Below, in pieces: positions 47,940 to 64,000 of a stretch of 64,000 bases of DNA. Each line of letters opens with the position of its first letter. Position 1 is the first letter of the stretch. This DNA is from Macrostomum lignano (taxonomy: Eukaryota), in contig NIVC01000903.1 of NCBI GenBank assembly GCA_002269645.1, positions 210,459-274,458 on the forward strand, written 5' to 3'. Position numbers and translations under genes: made by a program. Below the pieces are notes generated by a model. The model saw nothing but the letters and a program-made list of their open reading frames with translations, had not been told where the DNA came from and searched no databases.

Positions 47940-48198
47940 GTGGTTAGTGTGTGGGATAGAGTGGGTAGTGTGTGGGATAGAGTGGGTAGTGTGTGGGATA
48001 GAGTGGGTAGTGTATGGGATAGAGTGGGTAGTGTGTGTGGATAGAGTGGGTAGTGTGTGGGATAGAGTGGGTAGTGTGTGGGATAGAGTGGGTAGTGTGT
48101 GGGATAGAGTGGGTAGTGTGTGGATAGAGTGGGTAGTGTGTGGGATAGAGTGGGTAGTGTGTGGGATAGAGTGGGTAGTGTGTGGGATAGAGTGGGTA
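47940..48198. repeat. 21-bp tandem array TGTGGGATAGAGTGGGTAGTG
   Basis: About 12 copies. Confidence 0.95.
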
Positions 48199-48842
48199 GG
48201 ATTTGGATATTTCGTGGTGACTGAGGCACTGTGTACAACTTTGAGATGGGTTGGCTAGGGTGTTAGGTGGTGTGTAGCGTAGGTAAGTTAGTATTATGGG
48301 TTGGATTGAATATTTCCATAGTTTAGATTGTCCCCACCTGCAGCCCAGGTGCCCAGCTGTTAATGTTACGAGTATTGTAATAATGTAAAAGCAGAACAAA
48401 ACTTTCTGCTCTATTTCTTAACTTAGATTTTTGTGTGCATAATTTTTTCTCACGTTGCGAGCTAAATAAGCGTGTAACTCGTAAGATATATAAAAGGAAA
48501 GTAAAAGGAAAGTAAAAAGCGAAAATCTGGCCTTCTTAAAAGGTAAATCTTAACTTTGAGTACTTTCCGCAAAAGAAATGCAAATTTTCGTTTGTTAAAA
48601 TGTTTTAATAATGAATAATTACTTTGTCTTGTAAATGCCTACTTTTCCACCTTAAACTAAACTATATACTAAGCTAAACTAAATCATCAGACTCTAAAGG
48701 CATCGTCTACTAGGCTAACAGTTTCATATAAATGCTGAAGTGCAAAAATTGCGTTTCTGAGAAATACATATGTGTACACGCGAAGTTAATCTAATAGAAT
48801 CGATAGCACCAAAAAATGAATTAAAAACTCAAACAGCCGGCC

Positions 48843-53454
<4,612 letters not shown>

Positions 53455-55530
53455 TCAAGACCATTTACACACCACACGGAAAATAGACAGAATTCACTAT
53501 GCAACACATATGTAAATTTTCTGGCAAAGGTGATACATCAACAGTTGCATTTATAAACTCTTAGATAGAAATCATTATAAAACTCTCCTTAAGACATGTA
53601 GCTAGCTGTGCATTTTACACTTCATTGAAAGCAAAAAATATATTTAGGCTATATTAAAAAATGCATAATAACTTTTTTGAACTTTATTTTTAAAGTTCTA
53701 GTAGAAATAGTTTGCATAGATTATCTAATTTAGGGACAAACATTAATATTAAGTTAAATGCAAGAAATTTGAAAGTGATTCATTGCAAAGGAAGTTTCGA
53801 AATACCATAAAATTTGGTTCAAAAGCATTCGTAAAAAAATAAAAGCTCTATTATTTTCTTACACCAACATAATTTGATTTCTTGTTAGAGAATTTGTTCA
53901 TTCAAATAGTCAAAGGAGAACTAAAGGCTTTATATGGAATCTTGTCAGATGTATTATTTTCAACAACTAGAATCACTTACTTAGTTTAGGTACTTTGATA
54001 AAGCAAATGTGGCTAATTTGAGTAGAATATGTTGTATAAAATGTTGGAAGTACTGTACGATTTGGAAGACGTGAACTTACGTGTCACGAAAATTGACATG
54101 AGATTTTAAATTCATTACACGAATTCATTGTGGTTGTGGTTTAAACAAATCTCCAACATTTATACCTTGATGTCTGATTTAAAAATTCTTTATTCTCAAC
54201 ATTAATTGCGTGTCTTAGTGATGCTTTTTACATGAACTTTATAATTCACTTTATTGCAGCATTGTCAGATGCTTTGTTGTGATCATTTATCTTCTACTGC
54301 TCTTCGTATATTTTAGCAGCCGACGCGAAGGTAAACAATATATTGTATTTATTACAGTATTGTCGCTGAAAATTCAAAACACAAAAAAACATTTTTGCTA
54401 TACAAGAATGAATACTGCATATGTCCATAATTTTTCATGCTAAAACTATTTATTCACACGAATCACAGATTTAGTAAATTATCAAAACTCATCTTTGAAT
54501 ACTTCTTGCCACTTGCCAGACAGAAGTCACAAATATTTGCTGTTGTGGTTCTGTTGCACTTATACTAATAGTTTGATTCAGCCTAAATTCATTATATTAA
54601 GACTCTTGTACTTACTTTGGAATTACTTTAGTTTAGGCCCTAGCTTTTCTTTATCTTTGCTATTGAAATAAAAATATTCATATTGGTATTTTCTTTTTCC
54701 TATGATTAATATTAATACAATTATAACAATTATCCAATGCTTAGTAATACTAAAAAGTTAGCTACATTGAAAAAAAATATAATAAATTAACAAACCATAA
54801 AGATCTCTCATTTATCTCTTTAATGTTTTTGAATTTAGTTTTCTCTGATGATTCTTTGATGGAGATATTAAATTTAAAAAAACATAATTGATTACAATAT
54901 ATGGCATATCAATTATTATGTCTCTAAGTTTCTTGCTTTAATACCATATTGTTTGTATAGCTATATATCAATATCTATACTAGCTAACTAAACAATCTAT
55001 TAGCTAGTATAGATATAGGCTTTATAAAAAATATTAGTATTTTCATTATGATGGCCTGCTAGTCTATGATTAGTACATAACCTTGCATATACATGTTTAA
55101 CCTTCTAGCTTGCCTCGTAGGGGTTAGATACATTTAGTCTGCTAGTCAGACCCATTCCTTTAAGTGAGAATGCATGGACTTAAAAGCCTTTGATTAGGCA
55201 GCACCTTGCCCCACTATTGTCTTACTCTCTATAAATAAACTAATTTGCCATTTCATCAATTGTATTTTTCTTAACATTATGCAAGCTGCTAGATCTCTAT
55301 ATATTTTCTTTAAAAATATTATAAAAATAATTTTGTCCAAAATAACAATTGTTATTTAAGCATATAGGTTATAACAATATTTAGAAAAGTAAAAAAAATG
55401 TTTTTATTACTTTCTTCTATTTTTGGGTAATAAAGTAATTGTAATCTATTTAACATTAAATTTCAGGTATTTCCATGTGCCTATTTTCTATGGCTCATTT
55501 AGAGCCAATCTCATTTGCCTAACATCAAAG

Positions 55531-57603
55531 ATGTCCTTGCCTTGCCAACTGAATATAACAGACATACAATGTGACGACTACTGGTCTAACCCAGGACAGC
55601 CTGGTCTAGAGCTTTGGGCATGGTTGCTCATAGGCTTTGGAGTTTTTATTGCATTGGGAATTGGAGGAGGTATGTCTATTATATGCATGCTTTGTTTGCA
55701 AAGTTGAAGTTTGAAAGTTGAAAGGCTTAAATCACAACTAGACACTTGACTAGACACTAAAAAAGATAGTTTAAAAAATATAGATAGCTAGCATTGAAAA
55801 AATAGATATTTTTTATGTCTACTATAATTATATATAATTATTAATTAAATATAATTATACATAATTATATATTTTATAAATAGTAAAAAATAATATACAC
55901 ATGAGTTGGTTGATAGTAAAAATTACTTAGTTACTTTTTGTTACTATTGTTGTTATTATTGTTTTTATTATTATTGCTTGCAAAACTACTTCTTTGTGGT
56001 CTATCATTCAGACCCACCTAAATTCTACCATTTGCCCTCAGCTGCACACTAAACAATCCACCATTGCCCTCCACTGCACACTAAACAATCTACCACTGCC
56101 CTCACCTAAACACTACACAATCTACCATTGCCCTCAGCTACACACTAAACAATCTACCATTGCCCTCAGCTACACAATAAACAATCTACCATTGCCTTCA
56201 GCTACACACTAAACAATCTACCATTGCCTTCAGCTACACACTAAACAATCTATCATTGCCCTCAGCTACACACTAAACAATCTACCATTGCCTTCAGCTA
56301 CACACTAAACAATCTACCATTGCCCTCAGCTACACAATAAACAATCTACCATTGCCCTCAGCTACACACTAAACAATCTACCATTGCCTTCAGCTACACA
56401 CTAAACAATCTACCATTGCCCTCAGCTACACAATAAACAATCTACCATTGCCCTCAGCTACACACTAAACAATCTACCATTGCCTTCAGCTACACACTAA
56501 ACAATCTATCATTGCCCTCAGCTACACACTAAACAATCTACCATTGCCCTCAGCTACACACTAAACAATCTACCATTGCCCTCAGCTACACACTAAACAA
56601 TCTACCATTGCCCTCAGCTGCACACTAAACAATCTACCATTGCTCTCAGCTACGCACTAAACAATCTACCATTGCCCTCAGCTACACAATAAACAATCTA
56701 CCATTGCCCTCAGCTACACACTAAACAATCTACCATTGCCTTCAGCTACACACTAAACAATCTACCATTGCCCTCAGCTACACACTAAACAATCTACCAT
56801 TGCCCTCAGCTGCACACTAAACAATCTACCATTGCCCTCAGCTGCACACTAAACAATCTACCATTGCCCTCAGCTGCACACTAAACAATCTACCATTGCC
56901 CTCAGCTACACAATAAACAATCTACCATTGCCCTCAGCTACACACTAAACAATCTACCATTGCCCTCAGCTGCACACTAAACAATCTACCATTGCCCTCA
57001 GCTGCACACTAAACAATCTACCATTGCCCTCAGCTACACACTAAACAATCTACCATTGCCCTCAGCTGCACACTAAACAATCTACCATTGCCCTCAGCTA
57101 CACAATAAACAATCTACCATTGCCCTCAGCTACACACTAAACAATCTACCATTGCCCTCAGCTGCACACTAAACAATCTACCATTGCAACATCGCGCACC
57201 TCCCGTCATCCGCAACGCAACATCCCCAGCCCTATCTGTCTACTTGGCCCGCCGCCGCTGCACCAACGGCAGGCGCCGCAAGCTGCAAGCCGAGTCGGCC
57301 GTCTCCTCCCTGGCCGGCGATCACCCGCAGCAGCAGCCGCCGTCGCCCGGCCCCCTTGCCAACAGCGGCGCCTCATTCGACAGCTTCAACAACTTGGCGG
57401 ACCCTGGTGCCGATCAGGACTGGTTCCTGCACAGCCTGGAGAGCGCCGTGTTCGCCTCCCCGTCTGCAGCCTTGGCGCTGTCCGGCCCCGGCCAGACTGC
57501 TAGCTCGGCCGCTGGCGGCGTCAATGGCGTCGGCGGCAGCGGCAGCGGCGACTGTCGACTGTGCGTGCTGAACCCCGCCCAGCTGCCATACTATTGTCGC
57601 TGA
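55531..57603 (+). CDS. Unassigned single-pass membrane protein, 170 aa, 2 coding exons
   Basis: Exon 55531-55669 (donor GTATGT, phase 1) plus exon 57230-57603 (acceptor CCCCAG) gives MSLPCQLNITDIQCDDYWSNPGQPGLELWAWLLIGFGVFIALGIGGALSVYLARRRCTNGRRRK...CRLCVLNPAQLPYYCR*. The splice completes a TM helix followed by a basic stop-transfer cluster. The acceptor at 55466 suggests an upstream exon. Confidence 0.72.
56025..57187. repeat. 32-bp tandem array filling the intron of the membrane-protein gene
   Basis: CTAAACAATCTACCATTGCCCTCAGCTACACA, ~36 copies, ending ~40 nt before the acceptor. Confidence 0.95.
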
Positions 57604-58039
57604 CTAATATTTATTCGATTGTTAATCGGGCTAATTCTCGGTTCATATAGCTCTGTTGTGTTGCACACAAGGGCACCACAATATATTTAGTCTGTAGATT
57701 ATACTGCAGGCTGCAACATAAATCTGGGTATTTACAGGATGGCAGATTGAAAACCAGGATGCCAGCTGGCTTCCTACATCAAGTTTGCATCTAATTGGCA
57801 ACCTGTTTTTTCAAGCTGGGGGACATTTTGATTTTCAGGTTCCATAGTTTCTGTAATTCATAATTTTATAGTTATTGAGATTTCAAAACTTCTAACAATA
57901 CTCAAATTTGAGTAATCTGTAAACATGGAGTCTGCAGACTTCCGCAACTTCTGAGGGTCAGTGAGGCTCAGAAATATTAGGAGTAGAGTAGAGACGTTCG
58001 TATATTTGAGTTTACGACATGTAGAGTTTGAGAGTTATG

Positions 58040-58676
58040 AGAGAGAGAGGGAAGAGAAATTTAAAAGAGGAGAGGAGAGAGAAGTGAAGAGTGAAGAAGA
58101 CGGAAGAGAGCTGAGAAGAGACAAGCTTTGAGCAGGCCGGATTGCTATTGTGAAGTTTCAGAGGACCCGACGGCCGGATAGAGGGGCTTCTCGGGCCGGA
58201 GCACAGGTACTAGAATAAATAGATGAGCCCCTAAGCAGATTTGCGTGTAAGCTACTTTCAGTTCAGTAGTAATTTAAACATAATCATTTTAATGTATTTT
58301 AAAGCCAAGGCTCGTTTATTGGCTCTTACCCCCCGCCCCCAGCTTAAACCCTCCAACTGCGCCTTTCCACACTCCCCCCCGCCCCGCCCCAATTTTTCTT
58401 GCCTTTCTCACAATTCCAGCCTAAAGCTGCCATGTACATTTCAGTGGACTGGCTAATGTACATTACTGCTGAACCAATTAGCAAGCTGTTTACGCCTGCA
58501 AGCTTGGGAAGGTTATCAAAGTTATTTCATTTTGACTTTATTTTTATAAAATAGCTTATATATTCTTCTTTGCTACTGAACTAAAAGTAGAAAGCTGTTT
58601 TACTAAGTATAATATATGTCTGAGTGGCCCATCTAGCTATTTTTGTATCTATGGGACCGAGTTTGACGAGCCCTGT
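58040..58676 (-). mobile_element. Degraded third copy of the hAT MITE family
   Basis: 58110-58205 matches the reverse complement of 30760-30860; short GA tract at 58040-58120; displaced terminus CCGAGTTTGACGAGCCCTG at ~58657-58675. Confidence 0.6.
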
Positions 58677-59611
58677 AGCGCCTGGTTACAATCAATTGTT
58701 GCACAGTGATAATTAGTCTAAAGAAGTATAAAAATCTGTTTGAAGTTAATTCAGTGCTTCATCGATCAGCGGATTAGTGTCTTATATATTCGGTAATATC
58801 TTATTAGTTACTGCTATTTTTAGGTCAACTGGGTGTGGCTGCATCGGTGCTGTGTGCAGTGCCGATGGCCAGCTAAATCTATCTTGTCAATAAAGTCATT
58901 CCACGTACGCCTGATGAACGCTTATCGATATTTTATTTATTACTTTTTGGTAATATAATCATCCCTGAACTTTTATCTTAGTTAATCAGTTTGACAACTT
59001 TTCCTTGTGTTTTTTTACTGAATCCATTCTAGTCCCACCTGTCTATTCTGTATAAGTAACGGTATCAATATGCGCATTATTCTACTAATCTTAGTAGGCC
59101 GACAGAAAACATGTAAAAAATTCTGTCTCTCTTTTTATGACAGGTCAAAGGCATTTAAATTTGGATTTTATGTAATTGTGAAGTTTTTCTTCTGCGCACA
59201 AACTGTCTGCACTTTCTTGTATTCGGTTCCCGCTCTACTGGTTGTGTTCCCATCTGAGTGTCTGGCTCTGTATTGTCCCCTCTGTATCCTGCACTATTCA
59301 GTGCACTGCTGCTTCGAACTCTCTATTAGCTTGGTCTGTTACTGGTTGCTATGGAAACTGTATTGACTACTACCATGCGTTGTTTTTATCATCGAATTCT
59401 TTTTTTCTGTTGCATCTTTTTTTAATAAATCGTCTATTTTTTATTTTATTGTCTAATTTCTAAATATGAAATTTAACCTTTTCTCTCTATGTGCAGCGAG
59501 TTCTGGTTTGCTGCACATAGAATGTGCCCTAACGTCCCTTAACCGCGTGTTACCATGGGGATTGTCTTTGAAGTTCGCGGATGTTGTGTTGCATACTTGT
59601 AGAGTGGTTCA

Positions 59612-60262
59612 CCGCCCTCCCAGATCCTCAGTTGCTGGGCCAGCCTGCCAGATCCTCAGTTGCTGGGCCAGCTTTCCAGATCCTCAGTTGCTGGGCCAGC
59701 CTCCCAGATCCTCAGTTGCTGGGCCAGCTTTCCAGATCCTCAGTTGCTGGGCCAGCCTCCCAGATCCTCAGTTGCTGGGCCAGCTTTCCAGATCCTCAGT
59801 TGCTGGGCCAGCTTTCCAGATCCTCAGTTGCTGGGCCAGCCTCCCAGATCCTCAGTTGCTGGGCCAGCCTCCCAGATCCTCAGTTGCTGGGCCAGCCTCC
59901 CAGATCCTCAGTTGCTGGGCCAGCCTCCCAGATCTTCAGTTGCTGGGCCAGCCTCCCAGATCCTCAGTTGCTGGGCCAGCCTCCCAGATCCTCAGTTTAT
60001 GGGCCAGCCTGCCAGATCCTCAGTTGCTGGGCCAGCCTCCCAGATCCTCAGTTGCTGGGCCACCCTCCCAGATCCTCAGTTGCTGGGCCAGCCTCCCAGA
60101 TCCTCAGTTTATGGGCCAGCCTGCCAGATCCTCAGTTGCTGGGCCAGCCTCCCAGATCCTCAGTTGCTGGGCCACCCTCCCAGATCCTCAGTTGCTGGGC
60201 CAGGTTCCCAGATCCTCAGTTGCTGGGCCAGCCTCCCAGATCCTCAGTTGCTGGGCCATCCT
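59612..60262. repeat. 28-bp tandem array CCAGATCCTCAGTTGCTGGGCCAGCCTC
   Basis: About 23 copies, intergenic. Confidence 0.95.
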
Positions 60263-60791
60263 TCCGCAGCAATATTTCTTTCATTAAATCAGGTTTCAAG
60301 ATTTCAGAGTGCACAAATATTCGTCGAGCTTCTAGAAGTCTACACAATTCTTATATGTAAATTCCAGAAATCCTGATTTAAGTATATTTGCACCATTGTC
60401 GCAACTGTTCTGATCTGTGCAAATAAACGAATTTCTTAATGTTTCTTTTCTTGGAACAATTTTCTTGGTTCATTATAAGCATGGCAAACAGTTTTTTTTA
60501 AGTTGTTGTCTGGCTCTAACTGCCAATCTTTTTCACGAAAACAAATTTATTGGAGTTGTAATCGAATTATTTTGTATCATGAGTGTCCGAAGAGCGTTTA
60601 TACGAGCTAAATATACTGTGCAAAATGAGTCTGAAATTTCTTTTAATACTAAGCAGTCTATCTATGTACATGCAAATGGGTAAGGTGCAGTTGTTGCAGT
60701 TGGATTTTAAACGATTTACGAGCGTACGAGCGTATTGTACCTGCTACAGTATATTTTTGCTTCAGTATATATTTCTTATCTATTGATAATA

Positions 60792-61100
60792 GTAATAACA
60801 ATAGTAATTGATTACACCTGCCCTAATAGGCAGATGTGCAACCGACAGCTCAGCCGCAGCTATTGCGCGGCGCATCTGAAGGCTGCGTACGGCTGTTCAG
60901 TCCAAGGACTGGGGGGTCGCCACACACACCCTCAATTACCCCAGCTAATGCTGGCACCCATTTTACAGCTGGGTGAACTGAAGCAATGCAGAGTTAAAGT
61001 GTCTTGCTCAAGGACACAAATTGTTCCGAGTGGGTCGAGAATCGAACCCCCGACCTTTAAGTCGTGAGTCCGACGCTCTGACCACTAGGCTACAACCCCC
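60792..61100 (-). mobile_element. CORE-like SINE, full length, with 14-bp TSD
   Basis: Reverse complement of the 20335 copy. ATCTATTGATAATA at 60778-60791 and 61121-61134 flanks the insertion. Confidence 0.9.
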
Positions 61101-61299
61101 TCACTAGGAGGGGGGTTGTCATCTATTGATAATAATAACCCTTGACACAACGTGTACATATCAGTCTATTATTAGCCTTGAGCTATGCGGCACATTGACG
61201 CAGTGTTCTGTTGTGCTATGATGCCACATTTGATACTGAAAAATCCACTGCATGCTGACACAGCATCCTTAACAAAGCTGTACCTGTTGCACAGTACAC

Positions 61300-61828
61300 A
61301 GTACCTGTTGCTTCACCCCCTGACACAGTACCTGTTGCGATACCCCCTGACACAGTACCTCTTGCTAGACCCCTGACACAGTACCTCTTGCTAGACCCCT
61401 GACACAGTACCTCTTGCTAGACCCCTGACACAGTACCTCTTGCTAGACCCCTGACACAGTACCTCTTGCTAGACCCCTGACACAGTACCTCTTGCTAGAC
61501 CCCTGACACAGTACCTCTTGCTAGACCCCTGACACAGTACCTCTTGCTAGACCCCTGACACAGTACCTCTTGCTAGACCCCTGACACAGTACCTCTTGCT
61601 AGACCCCTGACACAGTACCTCTTGCTAGACCCCTGACACAGTACCTCTTGCTAGACCCCTGACACAGTACCTCTTGCTAGACCCCTGACACAGTACCTCT
61701 TGCTAGACCCCTGACACAGTACCTCTTGCTAGACCCCTGACACAGTACCTCTTGCTAGACCCCTGACACAGTACCTCTTGCTAGACCCCTGACACAGTAC
61801 CTCTGGATACACCCCTGACACAGTACAT
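61300..61828. repeat. 26-bp tandem array CTGACACAGTACCTCTTGCTAGACCC
   Basis: About 17 near-identical copies, ~220 bp upstream of the T-box ATG. Confidence 0.95.
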
Positions 61829-62041
61829 TAAATAGGTCACCAAAATACACCAGTTTTATCGGCTCCCTCGCCAGGTCGAGTCTAAAATGCATTTAATCAT
61901 GCAATATCAGAACTGCCGCTTAAAGGTCGCTCACTGCATTCAGGGCAACTATGAATGCTTGTTAATTGGCTTGTTGAAACCTCACATAGTTTTAACCGTT
62001 TAAGTAAAACACCTGTAACAGAAATAGTCGAGTAGAGAATC

Positions 62042-62217
62042 ATGCAGGCACTGTGGCAGCCATTTCTACCGCCAACTGCGCCACCGCAGCCGGCCACTCC
62101 GAGTTCGAATGTCGCCCTCGAGTTCGGGGAGAATCCGCAGGCTCGACTGGCTGAAGCCGAGCTGTGGCGCAGGTTCCACCGGCTGGGAACGGAGATGGTG
62201 GTGACTCGGGCTGGACG
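62042..62217 (+). CDS. TBX: T-box transcription factor, first coding exon (not in the ORF track); the rest lies beyond the window
   Basis: MQALWQPFLPPTAPPQPATPSSNVALEFGENPQARLAEAELWRRFHRLGTEMVVTRAGR, then donor CG|GTGAGA. LW..FH..GTEM..T..GR is the start of the T-box domain, and the phase-2 intron falls at the usual GR|RMF position. An in-frame TAG lies 9 nt upstream of the ATG. Confidence 0.88.
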
Positions 62218-62220
62218 GTG

Positions 62221-64000
62221 AGACTGGGGTGTGTGATCTATTGCAGACTGGGGTGTGTGATCTATTGCAGACTGGGGTGTGGGATCTATTGCAGACTGGG
62301 GTGTGTGATCTATTGCAGACTGGGGTGTGTGATCTATTGCAGACTGGGGTGTGTGATCTATTGCAGACTGGGGTGTGTGATCTATTGCAGACTGGGGTGT
62401 GGGATCTATTGCAGACTGGGGTGTGTGATCTATTGCAGACTGGGGTGTGGGATCTATTGCAGACTGGGGTGTGTGATCTATTGCAGACTGGGGTGTGTGA
62501 TCTATTGCAGACTGGGGTGTGTGATCTATTGCAGACTGGGGTGTGTGATCTATTGCAGACTGGGGTGTGTGATCTATTGCAGACTGGGGTGTGTGATCTA
62601 TTGCAGACTGGGGTATGGGATCTATTGCAGACTGGGGTGTGTGATCTATTGCAGACTGGGGTGTGTGATCTATTGCAGACTGGGGTGTGGGATCTATTGC
62701 AGACTGGGGTGTGTGATCTATTGCAGACTGGGGTGTGTGATCTATTGCAGACTGGGGTGTGGGATCTATTGCAGACTGGGGTGTGTGATCTATTGCAGAC
62801 TGGGGTGTGTGATCTATTGCAGACTGGGGTGTGGGATCTATTGCAGACTGGGGTGTGTGATCTATTGCAGACTGGGGTGTGTGATCTATTGCAGACTGGG
62901 GTGTGGGATCTATTGCAGACTGGGGTGTGTGATCTATTGCAGACTGGGGTGTGTGATCTATTGCAGACTGGGGTGTGGGATCTATTGCAGACTGGGGTGT
63001 GGGATCTATTGCAGACTGGGGTGTGTGATCTATTGCAGACTGGGGTGTGTGATCTATTGCAGACTGGGGTGTGTGATCTATTGCAGACTGGGGTGTGTGA
63101 TCTATTGCAGACTGGGGTGTGTGATCTATTGCAGACTGGGGTGTGTGATCTATTGCAGACTGGGGTGTGGGATCTATTGCAGACTGGGGTGTGTGATCTA
63201 TTGCAGACTGGGGTGTGTGATCTATTGCAGACTGGGGTGTGTGATCTATTGCAGACTGGGGTGTGTGATCTATTGCAGACTGGGGTGTGTGATCTATTGC
63301 AGACTGGGGTGTGTGATCTATTGCAGACTGGGGTGTGGGATCTATTGCAGACTGGGGTGTGTGATCTATTGCAGACTGGGGTGTGTGATCTATTGCAGAC
63401 TGGGGTGTGGGATCTATTGCAGACTGGGGTGTGGGATCTATTGCAGACTGGGGTGTGGGATCTATTGCAGACTGGGGTGTGGGATCTATTGCAGACTGGG
63501 GTGTGGGATCTATTGCAGACTGGGGTGTGGGATCTATTGCAGACTGGGTGTGGGATCTATTGGAAACTGGAGTGTGGGATCCGTAATCGATAATAAAGTG
63601 GGATCTATTGTAGATGGGTGTGAGATCCATTTCAGACTGGGGTATGGGATCTATTTGATACTGGGGTGTGGGATCTATTGAAGGCTGGGTGTGGGGATCT
63701 ATTGAATATTGAGTTGTGGGATCTGTTGGAGACATGGGGTGTGGGATCTGTTGGAGACATGGGGTGTGGGATCTGTTGGAGACATGGGGTGTGGGATCTA
63801 TTGGAGACTGAGACTGGGGTGTAAGATCTATTGTATGCTGGGTGTGGGATCTATTGCAGACTGGGGTGTGGGGATCTATTGCAGACTGGGTTGCGGGATC
63901 TATTGCAGACTGGGGTGTGGGATCTATTTCAGACTGGGGGGTGTAGGATCTATTGCAGACTGGGTTGTGGGGATCTATTGTATGCTGGGTGTGGGATCTA
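62221..64000. repeat. 24-bp tandem array (AGACTGGGGTGTG(T/G)GATCTATTGC)n in T-box intron 1
   Basis: Begins at +4 of the intron; homogeneous to ~63550, then degenerate to the window end. Confidence 0.97.

Noticed and set aside
59466-60376. Three overlapping 238-273-aa ORFs
   Set aside because: 28-bp tandem repeat cycling through frames; no non-repetitive coding flanks.
61897-63735. Long ORFs (612, 505 and 454 aa) over the 24-bp array
   Set aside because: Translations of a stop-free repeat with a unit length divisible by 3, inside the T-box intron; the real T-box frame stops immediately (CGG TGA).

Overview
Eukaryotic (metazoan) genomic DNA. GC-rich spliced exons are separated by AT-rich spacers, and many introns are filled by their own tandem array. 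This style is consistent with a free-living flatworm such as Macrostomum (inference, not proven). Genes reconstructed by hand from GT-AG boundaries and reading phase: a 3' fragment of an unidentified gene (1-150, +); an EMSY-like ENT-domain protein with a degenerate C-terminal bromodomain-like region (4556-7981, -); an 18-exon anoctamin/TMEM16 (13338-30507, +); ARMC2 (39643-44725, +); a coronin (48843-53376, -); an unassigned two-exon single-pass membrane protein (55531-57603, +); and exon 1 of a T-box transcription factor (62042-62217, +). Mobile DNA: four copies of a tRNA-headed CORE-like SINE, three hAT-type MITEs carrying GA microsatellites, two foldback elements with a flipped core, and several palindromic MITE-like elements. 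No CRISPR array, rRNA or true tRNA gene is supported. Most long ORFs in the supplied track are translations of tandem repeats. The most notable observations are the pocket-less bromodomain-like fold on EMSY, tandem arrays built from splice-donor sequences, phased TTCN3GAA palindrome arrays, sharply bounded CpG-depleted domains and the internally inverted foldback element.
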